Shown: positions 23,795 to 36,511 of the stretch, in pieces
Numbering within the stretch: position 1 is the stretch's first letter
Layout: each line of letters opens with the position of its first letter
NCBI RefSeq assembly: GCF_006345805.1
Contig: NC_043003.1
Span: 103,974,001 to 104,038,000 of the forward strand
Source of the DNA: Octopus sinensis
Taxonomy: Eukaryota
Direction of reading: 5' to 3'
Length of the DNA: 64,000 nt
Translations under genes and position numbers: made by a program
The notes under the pieces: model-generated
The model's database searches: none
What the model saw: only the letters and a program-made list of their open reading frames with translations
What the model was told of the DNA's origin: nothing

Positions 23795-25426
23795 AAGTCT
23801 GCTTGTGACTAATATAGGCACCTAAAATAAGTAGTGAAAGTATGGTTTTTAAACTATTAGGACATACTCACCAGTGATTGGCAACTAACCTATATATACA
23901 TGTGTTTGAGTTTATTCATTGTACGAATGTTCACAATACACACATTACATATATTGCTGTTTAGCCCTAGTCATCATTTAATCAAACCTAAGTATGATTA
24001 AAGACATTCCAGTTGTGATCATCCAACCTCTCGGTTTCAGACAATATAACCAGATCACATTATCTGATGTGTCCTAGAATGTTGAGTGGCAACCATAGAT
24101 GCTGGCTTGATAGCCCGCATTATATGTCTTATTTTTTTTAATGCTGTCACAGTGTAGCTGTCACTTCATGAGAATACATACACACACATAGATACAGATA
24201 GAACCATGAAGATTTATAAAGACATTTCTAAGATTTTCGATTTGATTTTATAGTAGGAATACATATACACCTCTTACATATTTGCAAACTTTAGTTACTT
24301 AGTCAAACAAATGAATCTTGTTATTTTACTTGCAACCGCCTGCTTCTTTTGTTAAGAACTTAACATGCATATATTACAAGCAGATTTGTTTTAAATAGTA
24401 CAGACATTTTCTTAAGACATTGAATTAATAATTGACAGCACCCATTTAATTATAGCTGCATAATTAACTACACAAAAATGACATAACATTAAAATGTAAA
24501 GTGCAACAAAAATATCTCATATTTATTCTTCTCGCTAAAAGTTTCAACAGCATACACACACTGTACACTAATCTAAACCATGATGGTCACTGAAGAAAAT
24601 TATAAAACGTTAGCTACTTGAAGACAGCATCACCACCTGCCTAACTTCACTAGAACCACATCAATGGCCATATAAATATGGAAGGGCTTATTGTATTAAA
24701 AAAAAAGCTTTTAGATAACCAAATATGTAGTATGGAAACTTTCAAATACTACATATTTTGTATTTTTTTTTTTTTTAAATAGAGATAAACAATATACCAG
24801 ATAGATGAAACCAATGCTGCATGTTTGCTAACAGTTAAAAAAAAGTCTTTTGAAGTCACATTTACTATAGTTTAAAATATTATGTAGGATTACATAGTAA
24901 ATCTATACTCAAAATGTTAACATTATCTAATTGCCATGATTCCATGTTTATCAAATATACATGTGAACATGGATTGCTGCACATGTACATAATGACTGTT
25001 TAATGTTTCATGCATACATGTAACACAGATAAGTGTGAAAGTGAATACACATGAATTTGTCAATGTGTATTTATGAATATACATACTAACATACACAAAG
25101 GCAATGTGGTAAAAGTTTGTGTAAATATGCATATACACAACTGCTAAAAGTAATACTAACAGTGTGAAAATATACACAGATTTATAATCAAAGTAATGTT
25201 TAACATTCAAACTCAATTAGTAATCACAAATTTGTAACATTTGATTATTTTTCCATTTCATTCTAAGTAATAATGATAAGGTGAAATACAATTAGTCCAT
25301 GAAAAATATATTTTAGAGTTAAATCACTCACAGACAGTGATGTCTTACCTGTAAGGTAGAATTATAACTGGTTTTATTTTCAAACATGTGACATCTTATA
25401 ACATGTGAATGCTTATGCACACACAC

Positions 25427-25461
<35 letters not shown>

Positions 25462-26289
25462 TTTTGTTTCAGTCATTTGACTGTAGCCATGCTGGAGCAC
25501 TGCCTTTAGTTGAATAAATCGACCCCAGGACTTATTCTTTGTAAGCCTAGTACTTATTCTGTCTCATTTGCCGAACCACTAAGTTACAGGGATGTAAACA
25601 CACCAACATCAGTTGTCAAGTGATGGTGGGGGGACAAACACAGACATACACACACACACACACATATATACATATATATATACATATATATATATACACA
25701 CATATACATATATATACATATACATAATGATGATATATATATATACATATACATATATATACATATATATATATGACGGGCTTCTTTCAGTTTCCATCTA
25801 CCAAATTCACTCACAAGGCTTTGGTCAACCCGAGACTATAGTAGAAGACACTTGCCCAAGGTGCCATGCAGTGATTCTGATCCCAGAACCATGTGGTTGG
25901 TAAGCAAGCTGCTTACCACACAGCCACTCCTGCACCTATATATATATGCATTCATGTTTTATTCATTTTCAAATTTCATTAATAATATAGACATTGACTG
26001 CAATTTTATTTTCAATGCTTTACATTCATCTCAAATTTATTATCAATGTACATATATGTATAAATTGTCAACATTTAATTTTTATTAAGAATATATTGTA
26101 ATCATATTAAGAATATATAAATTTTAATTATATTATAAATAAATAAATAATTTATAATATGAATATATAAGTTTTGAATTATATAAATATAATGATATAT
26201 TTGATAATTAGAATAATCAGTCATACCATTGACTGTATGTAGGTGTATTTCATCAATATAAATAATATTGAATAATTAATACTAATAAA

Positions 26290-27990
26290 GATTTCTTCTA
26301 TTGACACAACGCCAGAAATTTACAGAGGATGGGGGACCAGTTGATTAAATAAACTTTCAGCAAATTACTGGTACTTATTTTATCAACCATATAAGATAGA
26401 AAGACAAAGTTTACCTTGGTGCAATTTCACCTTAGAATCCAAGGGAGCAGGATTTTTTAATTATGCACAAAGCTATAAATTAGGGAGAAAATTTTAGTAT
26501 CTGTCAGGTAATTTGTCTATTGAAACTAGATCAATGAAAGGCAAAGTCAACCTTGGTGAGATTTGAACTCAGAAAATAAAAAGGACAATTACTTTAAGGC
26601 ATTATAATTCTGATATTTATCATACTATTATTAATAATAATTCTTTCTAATTTTGGCACAAGGCCAGCACTTCTGAGGGGACAGGGCAAGTCACTTACAT
26701 AAACTCCATTACTTGAGTGGTACTTAATCAAACCTGAAAAGATGAACAGTAAAGTTGAACTCTGAACATAAAGAGTTGGACGAAATTCTACTAAGCATTT
26801 TGCTTGACATGCTAACAATTCTGCCAACTTATTGTAAGAAATTTTAGCGGGAGGGCTGAGTTGATTACACCAATCCCAGTACCTGACTGGTATTTTATTT
26901 TATCAATCCCAGAAAGATGAGTTGACCTTGGCAGGATTTGAACTTGGAATATAAAGAGTCAGAATATATTTACAAGGCGTACTGATTTTTTTAATTTGCC
27001 ACAAGGGCAATAAATGAAGTGATATTAAAAAGATAAATTTAAAAAAAAAAAAACAGCAGGGATTTGCACAACATCAGTGATGGAGGAGGTATATTTCTCA
27101 CTTAGGTAAAAAACTACTTGGGGTGAATATGTAGTTAACCTTAATATTTGATGGTCACCTACTTAGCAACTTTGGATACAATAATTGTATCTATTACAAA
27201 CGAAAGGTCATGTATTTTGGGGCAGAACGTAATCAATTCAATGACCTCCCTCCTCAACAGCTGACAAGTACTTTGGGCACAAGGCCAGCAATTTTAAGGG
27301 GAGGAGGAAGTCAATTACATCAACTCCAGTGCTCAAATAATAACTAACCTTATCAGCCCTGAAAAGATGGAAAGGCAAAGTGGAAGAGCTAGAAGAAATG
27401 TCACTAAGTTTTTTGCCTAACATGCTAACAATTGCTTTTTAAATTAGGCACACAGCCAAAATTTCAGTGAGGGTGGGGGTACAGTTGAATATATTATTTT
27501 CAGTATTGGACAGGTACTCTATTTTATTGACTCTGGAGGGATGTAAGGTTTGAAACTAGAACAGACAATTTCAGAACAAATACTGCAAGTTGTCTTGCCC
27601 CTATGCTTTAACAATTCTACTAATCCATTACCTTTTAATAATTATAATAATAATGGTTTCAAATTCTTTAGCACAAGGCCAGTAACTTCAGGGAAGAGCT
27701 AAGTTGATTACATCAACCCTTGTACTCAACTGGTACTTAGTTTATCGACCCCAAAAGGATGAAAAGCAAAGCTGATCTCAGCAGAGTTTGAACTCAGAAT
27801 ATGAAGGTGGATGAAATACCACAAAGCATTTTTCCCAGTATGCTAAAGTACTGCCAGCTTGCTATAACAATAATAATAATAATGGTTTTAATTCAGGAAC
27901 AAAAGGTAGCTGTTTTTAGGGAAGGGATTTGTTGATTATGTCACTTCCAGTGCTTAACAGAATATGACCTCAGAACAAAAAGAGCAGGAT
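26290..27990 (-). mobile_element. Cluster of about 8 family A SINEs
   Basis: Repeated ggcacaaggccagca...tcgaccccaaaaggatgaaaggcaaagt...gaactcagaa units; similar minus-strand clusters at 34050-34680, 38960-39520, 53720-55010 and 60900-61620. Confidence 0.8.
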
Positions 27991-30608
27991 AAAATACCAC
28001 CATGCTATAATGATTCCTTTTGACTCAATACAAAGTGAATTTTCACAGATGCAATTATTGTAAGAATTTTTTATTCATCCTAAAAAATTTTGAGAAGATA
28101 GATTTTGAACTCAGATTACAAGATGGACAATACCAGAGTTAAGACTTGCATTCTCTTCTCAACTAATATTACAATTGGTTTCACTGGGTTTAGCAATCTG
28201 ACCTCTGCTGACCTGGTGGGTTAAGGTTTGAATATGATATCAAAGGAACCTTTAATGTTGGTGATAGTGAGGGTACAATTATATAGTAATCAGCAGTATG
28301 AATATATATAGCTATCTGAATGTTTCTGCATGCAAATATATCATCAACATTTTTTTATTAGGGTAATGGAATTACTTTCATCTTTTTGCATCTTGTTGTG
28401 GGCAGACTACCTTTTATTTTTCCAACATCAGCAGCATATATAGCATATGTCATAAATTGGGGGGTATTTGATTTGAACGGACTCCACCTACCCCACCATA
28501 ATTTGTGACCTTGTGTCAATGTTGAAAATTATTATTTTTATAAGTTTTGCATAGTAAACCATTCTCAACTTTTAGGGCTTATAAGTGGGTCCAGATCAGT
28601 CAATTCACTTCAATATCACTAGTATTTTGCTGATGATAGAAATCGAATAGGTAAAGCCAATTAACTCCCAACAACAAGTACCAAACTAAATACAATAAAC
28701 CATTTGAGACCCCTATCCCCACCAAACTCCCTCAGTTTCAACCAAATTCATTTTCTTCATATCAATACATCACCATATTGCTAGCTGTGCCAGTCTTTCA
28801 TTATGTCTTCAGTGAAGTCCAGGATCGTTAGATCTACTCTCACCTCTACTTCCTCTTCTATGGTCATCTGTTCATCTCACAACCCATGGCATTGCTGTCT
28901 CTTAACTGAAGTAATTATTTTTACAGTTAAATGCCTCTTTTTACCACTAACAGCTGAACTGTGAAGTAAGATTGGAGTTCATGTTTTTTTTTTCTTCTTT
29001 GCTTAAGCAATAAGAGAATAGTTGTAGTGAAATCTGAACTCGAGTCTATGTGGTCTTTAGACAAACAGGCTATTCTCACAACCACTGTGCCTCTCATGAG
29101 CTGGCATACATACACAAATCAAGCTTCCAATGAACAGTTAATAAGGTGTAAAGGGCTTGTTCTAGGAACAGGGAGCATACAACTAAAATTACTAAACAAT
29201 TGCAGCTAGTAGTAGAAGCAACAACATTACTTAATGTTTTCTGTCAAGCAATGTATCAGCCCTGATACAGCAGTGAAAGTGTTTTGACCATTCAATTTGA
29301 GGACATGATCTGAGTTCAAATCTCATGGGAACTGGCTATGCATTTTATTCTGCCAAATCACAGTAAAATAAGTATTAGTCATATACTAAGGTTCATTCAA
29401 TTATCTATATTTCTCCTCTACAAACCTGTCACTTTGCAGCAATGAAAAGAAAGCATTCACATAATTGAATCTAATTTTAATTCCTTCTATTTTACATTAT
29501 TAATTTACTTCTCTAATTAACACAATTTCAAGTTTTTTCACGTAAGTCCACATCACTTAACACCACCAACCTTTAGATTTTATTACTTTTTATAGTTTTA
29601 AATTTGAAAATAACAAAAACACAACAAAACAATTTAAATGAGAAAACCTGAAAGAAATGTGGAAAAAAAAATTTTTTTTTTTTTTTACAAAAAATATTAA
29701 TTATTTTTCATGTTTAGAAAATTTATTTTAAAATACCATCTTGAATGTGTTAATTGTAGTCTGAGAGAAAAATGGTAAAATTGATTTAGGATATTTAATG
29801 AAAAGAAGTAAAAATAAAATTTTCACCTTTTACTGCCTTGAAGAAAATAGTTTTGCACCAAATTCTTTGGTTAACCAATTATTTGAAGTCACTTTTGTTG
29901 AACAATATATATATTGAGGTGTTGCATATGTATATAGCCTGATGTTTCTGTTTGCTTCATTAAAGAGGGGAGGAGCACAACCCATAACTTTTGCAGGATC
30001 TCAGATGTTGATGAATGAAAGGAAGTAGAAACCACAACTTATGAATTGTGGTTGGTCACTTCTTTAATAACTCTAAGGAAACCAGCTGGAAATCAGTAAC
30101 CACAGACAGACATCTTGAAGGTCTATGACTGCTAGGTCACCAGTCATAACCTAATATAGCAGAGAGTACACGTTTAGCAAACAGGGTAGCTGCACCAGGT
30201 ATTATTCACAGGGGCCAGGTTTAGCCACATCTAGCTGTAGTCCTCTGGTGGAGAACTCCCTTATGTTTGTACCCACTTACTAACAACACTACACAAAGGA
30301 TGGTAAAGTAAGAAGAGGTGTATCAAGAGAATGAGTTGCCTTCATATTGGAGAGGTGGTCAAGCTACTTGCAACAGACTAGAAACTACTAAAGGCACCAA
30401 GGGACCAGATGATAGGGTCAAACCAGCAACAAATTAAGTGTTGATGAATGGATTAGGTATGGAGTAGGGGATGTGTATGTTGTTAGACTGGGTGTGATGT
30501 GTAGGCCAGGTGTTGATTTGTAGTTTGTATATTGGAGGTTGATATGTAGTCTTGTGTAATGTAACAGGATATTATTTTTTCTTCTATTTTCCACTTCTGT
30601 AAACTTAC

Positions 30609-30657
30609 CATAAAACCAACTGGGTTTAGAACAGCTTTATTTGAACATTCGTTTCTA
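30609..30657 (-). CDS. Candidate exon, RNECSNKAVLNPVGFM, with a TAGTAG tandem acceptor
   Basis: Consensus donor ATG|gtaagt; acceptor ttaatatttctag(tag); one open frame, 49 or 46 nt, phase 2 to 0; unique sequence. Confidence 0.4.
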
Positions 30658-32334
30658 CTAGAAATATTAATTTGGTCATTTCAAATATTATGGAAAATGT
30701 ATTTTCCTATTTTTTTTACAATTATATGTGAATGTATTTATGTGTATTTAAATATGTCTACTTAAGTGTGTAGGTGTGTGTGTATGTATATATATATATA
30801 ACCTACATGCTCATATATATATATATATACACACACATAAATATATATTTATATATGCAAACACATAGGCGCATAGATATTTTTTACACTTAGACAACCT
30901 TCAGCAGTGTTGTAAAACATATGTCCTTCACAAAAAATAAAAGGTTAAAAAAAAGACACCACACCTCTTATGCTACAGCAGAAAGGTTACAGGGCCACTA
31001 AATGTATACAAAAGGAAAAGTTCTTAGGTGTTCCGTTCCAAGAACACTCTTTCTACACCAACCAATCATTGTCCTAATTGACACACTTTTGTTTTTACAT
31101 CAATTATATATTTATAATATTTATTTTCCTAGAGTAGACATTTCAATCTGTATGCTTCACATTTTATTTTCACCAGTGACATTTAACTCACATTCAGGTG
31201 AACAAGTTCTTATCTTAAAGTTATATACAATTTAAAAGTCATTTTAGTACAAATACACTTACAGACACCTACAACACATGCATCTATGTGTGTTAGTGTG
31301 TGCGCTCTTGCTTGCACACATGTATATATGTATACATGCATATTACATGTGTTACATGTGTGTGTACATACACACACACATAGACATATACATGCAAGTA
31401 TATACTTAACTACATAAATATATGTATACACAGGCAGAACCTCTACAAGGTTATAACCTGCATCAGTTGAGGTCATACTTAATTGCAACACCTAGTAGCA
31501 CATATACATCTATATTCACACACACACACATACATGAAACACACAGGTACAATAGGACTTCAGTTATAGAAAATGTGTTAAAATGTTTGCCTGCTTACTG
31601 TGTTATTTTGCTATGGTAAGAAATTGCCACAGATGTTATTACTAATTATATTATTTTTAGACATAGTCACCAATAGATTAGTGTTTGTTGCAGTAGAAGA
31701 CCTATATTCTCACTGTCGCGCCCATTCTTATCACAGATGCTGTCATCACAACCGTTCTATAGAGTAGTTGTCATCTCTAGTCTTTGTAAAAACAATTCCC
31801 CTTTCTCTCTGTTGACATTTTTTTTTTGTTTCTGTTATTGAAGAAAAATTCTTTCCTATCTTTTTATTCATTTTTTAATTCCTGGTTTTGCAAAAAGGCG
31901 CAATTCATAGCACTCAACATATGCAGAGCCATAGCAGAAGTGGTAGTCATTATCATAAGTGGTAGTCATTATCATAAGTGGTAGTCATCATCATCATCAT
32001 ACGTCTGCTTTCCATACTAAAAAGACAAACAGATAATGAGGAAGAGGAGAAAGAAAGATAGGTAGAAATGACTAGAAATCAGTCCAAGCTTTATAGAATT
32101 TACTCCAATTCATTTCCTCTCTGTTCACTTCCTCTCACTTTGTGTGTCACTGTTACTCTGTCCGCTTCTTTCAATTAGAAAAAAAAGAAAGAAAAAAAAC
32201 GGAAAAAAAACTCCCCACAAAATCCTCTTCTGAACTGCTTCCTTCCCAAGGAAGGAAAAAAAAAATTGCAATCATAAAGATCTAAATAAGTGCTGTATAA
32301 GAGATAGAGGAGCAGGAAAAGGTGAAAGAATATA

Positions 32335-32376
<42 letters not shown>

Positions 32377-32950
32377 AGACCAAGAAAGTAAATATGAGAG
32401 GAATAGTGAAAAACAGAAGGAAAGATTACTTAGACACAAAGTGATAATCTCTAGTGATAATCTCTAGTGATCAAATGAAAAATTAACTGGTTCACTGTTA
32501 AGACCATTAGAATATTAAAGAGTGAGAGTAAGGGTGACAGTTGGTAGAGGGTGATAGCTGTTGTTTTGACAGGGCATCGGCAGTAGTAGTAGTAGTGGTG
32601 GTGGTAGTAGGAGTAGCAGCAGTAGTAATAGTGTTGGTTGTAGAATAAGTGGTGGTGGTGGTGGTGAAGGTGGTACTGGTAATAGTAGTAGTGGTTGGTG
32701 GTGGTGGTGGTGGCAGCAGACGGTGAGTAAAATTTCCATGGAAAAGTCTGGGGAGCACACAGACCAAGGATGTATCGATACTAGCTGGGAAATGAAATCC
32801 CTATGTCTTCGAGTATGCCTTTTGGTGTTTCTGACTCCTAAGTAAGGAACAGAGATAAGTTTTAATGATAATAATAACAATAATAATAATAATAAAAGGT
32901 AATTATAATCATAAACAAAAGCTCAAATTCCAATAAAAAGCATGGAGAAA

Positions 32951-33011
<61 letters not shown>

Positions 33012-33402
33012 CATCTAGCAATGTGTGGTTGTTCAGTTAAAAAGCATCTTCAACCTTGAAATATTTACCTTCATTTAGGGTACCTTACTCCCCAACCTCT
33101 TCTGTATACATCTATCTTTACACTGGGCACCAAGACTAAGTTTGGCAGAATCCATAACGCCATCCAACTGCATGGGGTTTGAATTTAGAACTGTGAGCTA
33201 ATCCTATCGGTGACTACTAAATACTTCTTTGGTGAATGATATTTCATAGTGGTTTTGTAATAATTATTATATAAGCATTTTTAGCTTATAGGTTTGTGTA
33301 CAGAACTTGTTCAGTCGTACACTAAAGCGAGGTACACAAGTCACAGAACATTTCTTTTCTCACATTGTCATTATTTTGTTCTATTCAGTATATTGCAGAA
33401 TT

Positions 33403-33669
33403 ATTTCTTTATTAGATTTCGTTTTTGGATTTGGTTTGCAAGATTCTTTATATGAGTTTGTGTGTTGAAGCATATTCTGTTGTGTCTGGGGAGAGTCATT
33501 TTCTTTTTGTGCCTTATTATTTAACTATTGAAAAGGTTGTAAGACGCAAGGAAAATTTTAGGACAATAAAAATAAGAAAAAAGTGTAAATTTTACCGGTG
33601 AGTGTTAAATAATAAGGCACAAAAATAACATGACTCTCCCCAGGCACAACAGAATTTCTTTATTAGATT
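33403..33669. mobile_element. Retro-insertion with an internal inversion and 16-bp flanking direct repeats
   Basis: atttctttattagatt at 33403-33418 and 33654-33669; 52-bp inverted arms at 33474-33525 and 33604-33655 (3 mismatches). Confidence 0.7.
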
Positions 33670-35189
33670 ATTGGTTAGGAAGGGCAAAATCCATAATTTT
33701 TTCTAACGCCTTCCTAGATTATATTCTACACAGATATTATTTAACCTTCTTATGAAATACACAAGCCTCTGTTTCACTTAATTTTCAAAGTAATGCAAAA
33801 TTTAGTAAAAAAGCAAAATGCTGTTATTAAGCTGGTGTTTGGAACCTAGATTGATATGACATTTTGGTAGAAAGTTTTAATACAGAGTACTTTAAAGCTG
33901 GAAGTTTCTACCAAAGAACCAGGGATCAGTCTCAAGCAGGTTGGCACAAAAAGGGCTAATTTATTGAAAAAGTTGTTTAAGGATTTTTTAAATATTATTA
34001 TATTAACAATAATTTTATGATTCTCTTATCCGTGGCCTTTATGATGATAAGACAATATGGCCAGCAAGTTTGAGAGCAGAGGATCCTAGTACTTGAACTT
34101 TATTTTATCAACCCTGAAAAATGAGAGAACATAAAGAGCCAGAATAAAATGCCACCAAGCATTTTGTCTGATGCTTTAATAACTCTGCCAGCAATTTTGA
34201 GGGGAGAAGTCAGTCAATACAACTGACCCTAGTACATGACTGGTACTTTATTTTATTGACCTCAGTGGGACGAAAGGCAAAGTTGATTAATTTTACCAAT
34301 CCTCTGCTTATAATAATAATCTGTGGATCATTCCCACTTTATATTCACTGTAGTAGTAGTAATGAGTTGAAAGGAATGGTGCTAATCACCATTCCTTGGG
34401 AAGGAAGCCTGACACTAACGATTTTGCCTGCTCACTGCCTTAGTAATGATAATTCTTTCCACTACAAGCACAAAGCCTAAAATTTTGGGAGAAGGGAAAA
34501 GTCAATTAGATTGATCTCAGTGTTCAACTGGTACTTATTTTATCAACTGTGAAAGGATGGAAGGCAAAGATGATCTTGGCAGAATTTGAACTCAGAATGT
34601 AAAGCCCGAAGAAATGCTGCTAAGCACTTTGTCTGGCATGGTAACAATTCTGCCAGCTCACTGCCTTAGCAATAATAATGGCATAAAAACAGAGCATCTG
34701 CAAAAGTGAATGCAACAGTAAAAAGAAAGAAGATTGTTGCAGCCCTCCATGAGAAGGTTACAAATATAATTAGAAGTATTAATTAATAGAAAAAAAACAA
34801 ACATGCATGAAATTTACAGATGTGAGCATTTAATGACTGAGAAATGACAAGCAAATAGATAAAGTAAAAAAATATAAGAAAAACAACATACATTGAATAA
34901 AACATGCAGATAAAACACTATATTTTCAGGTTTTCAATTTCATGCTAAGGACTAAATATTGTCCAAAGTAGCAACAGCAACATGAAACATTTTGATTAAA
35001 TTAAATCTTGCAAAGAAATGTAACAGAAAAAAAAACAGGTAATTATTTTTGACTTTTTGAAGTGGGATATCTGTAATTTCACTCTTTTTCATCTGGTTGC
35101 ATTTTTGTTGATTCTGGATTATTTTTTATTACATATTTCAAAATACCAAAGTTTCAAAACATTATCACTCTTCTAGAAACTAATCAACC

Positions 35190-35830
35190 ACCTGAACACT
35201 TACCAATCAGGCAAGACACACAAGCCAGGTAAGATGCATTCTCATCAGGAAATGATATAAGCATAATGTTGGAAATATTAAAACTTCCTGGTGAAGAATG
35301 CAGCACAATATATAGCTTAGTTATTACTGAATCCAGAGGAAGAGCTGGGTTCATTCTGAGATAAAAGCAATCTGGAGGAAGATGTGGAAGGTAAAAGAGC
35401 ACTTTGTTGGTTGTAGGTTCAAAGAACTTCTAACTAACACTTCTGACAGGAGAGAGGAGGATATAGAGACTCATAGTATGCAGAACAATTGAGAGTTCTT
35501 AGGAGATGAGCTACGGAAGGTAACACATCAGATTTGCAGTTGGTACAAAACCCCAACTGAAGGAGACATGGTGGTAGAATGACATGGACAAGAAAGACAT
35601 AAAAGCTAAGAGACACGCTTGGATAGACTAGAAGAAAAGTGAAAGCAGCAGCTAGATAAGAAATAGAAAAGATTTTCAGATTTTGCAGTGAGAGGGTATG
35701 AGATGTGCTGGGTTGCAAAATGGTGTGCCAGAGAAAATGGAGATGTCATTGGGGAGAAGTGTATCTGGAATGATGGAGGCACATGTGCTCTTACTGCTAA
35801 TGAAAAGAGGCAGGTAAATACTATTATGAG
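35190..35830 (+). mobile_element. RTE LINE endonuclease/linker fragment
   Basis: Degenerate RHTSQVRCILIRK...LPGEECS...RENGDVIGEKCIWNDGG; further RTE pieces at 36115-36380 (LLDQVLKVMERIISQLIR). Confidence 0.75.
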
Positions 35831-36511
35831 AGGTTGTTCAACAAGAAGAATTTATAGGAAAAAGAGGGTCTATCTTATGTTGACCCTAGACAAGGACTAG
35901 CAATTCGCAATGACCAGTATGGTAGATAGAATGACTAAGTGCAGTCCCTTAGACCCTTAACATTTCTAACAAAGTAGGGTCCTTACTAGTCACTTGAATA
36001 GTTAGTTACATTATACAGGAAGGAAAGGGTCAAACCCAGTGATTAGTAAACTCTTATAAGGCCAAATGAAATACATTGGGGGGGGGGGAGAGAGAGAGAG
36101 AGAATTACTGAATCACCAAATTGTTGGATCAAGTTTTGAAGGTTATGGAAAGAATCATATCACAATTGATTAGGAACTGAAATGGATGTAAATGTTCTGA
36201 AAGTAGAATAGCCAGATCAAGAAGAAGTTGAAGATAAGGGAGCTATTATCTCTTCTGGCAACAAAGGTTTTCTCCCTCCATATGAAGAACAGACCTTGTG
36301 TTTGAGCTGTGATGCTGCATGGTAGGGAGACATGGTCCATGATTGTAAAGGACCTGCAAAGACTACAGGAGATGAAACCAGGATTCTCTCAGCCACTTCT
36401 TACTGTCATTCATCCCTTACGCTAACCATTGTCTATCATTACTCATTACTCTCCCTTGCTCTCTTTATCCCAATCATTCTATCATCTCTAGTTACCATTT
36501 CTTGTTCCCTT

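Noticed and set aside
31937-32470. Short perfect tandem duplications (19 bp x3 at 31937, 13 bp x2 at about 32442; also near 6527 and 8570)
   Set aside because: Ordinary slippage products.
35204-35355. Minus-strand exon-like segment with strong splice sites (MNPALPLDSV...CLIG)
   Set aside because: It is the antisense of an RTE endonuclease fragment, which shows that strong open pseudo-exons arise by chance here.
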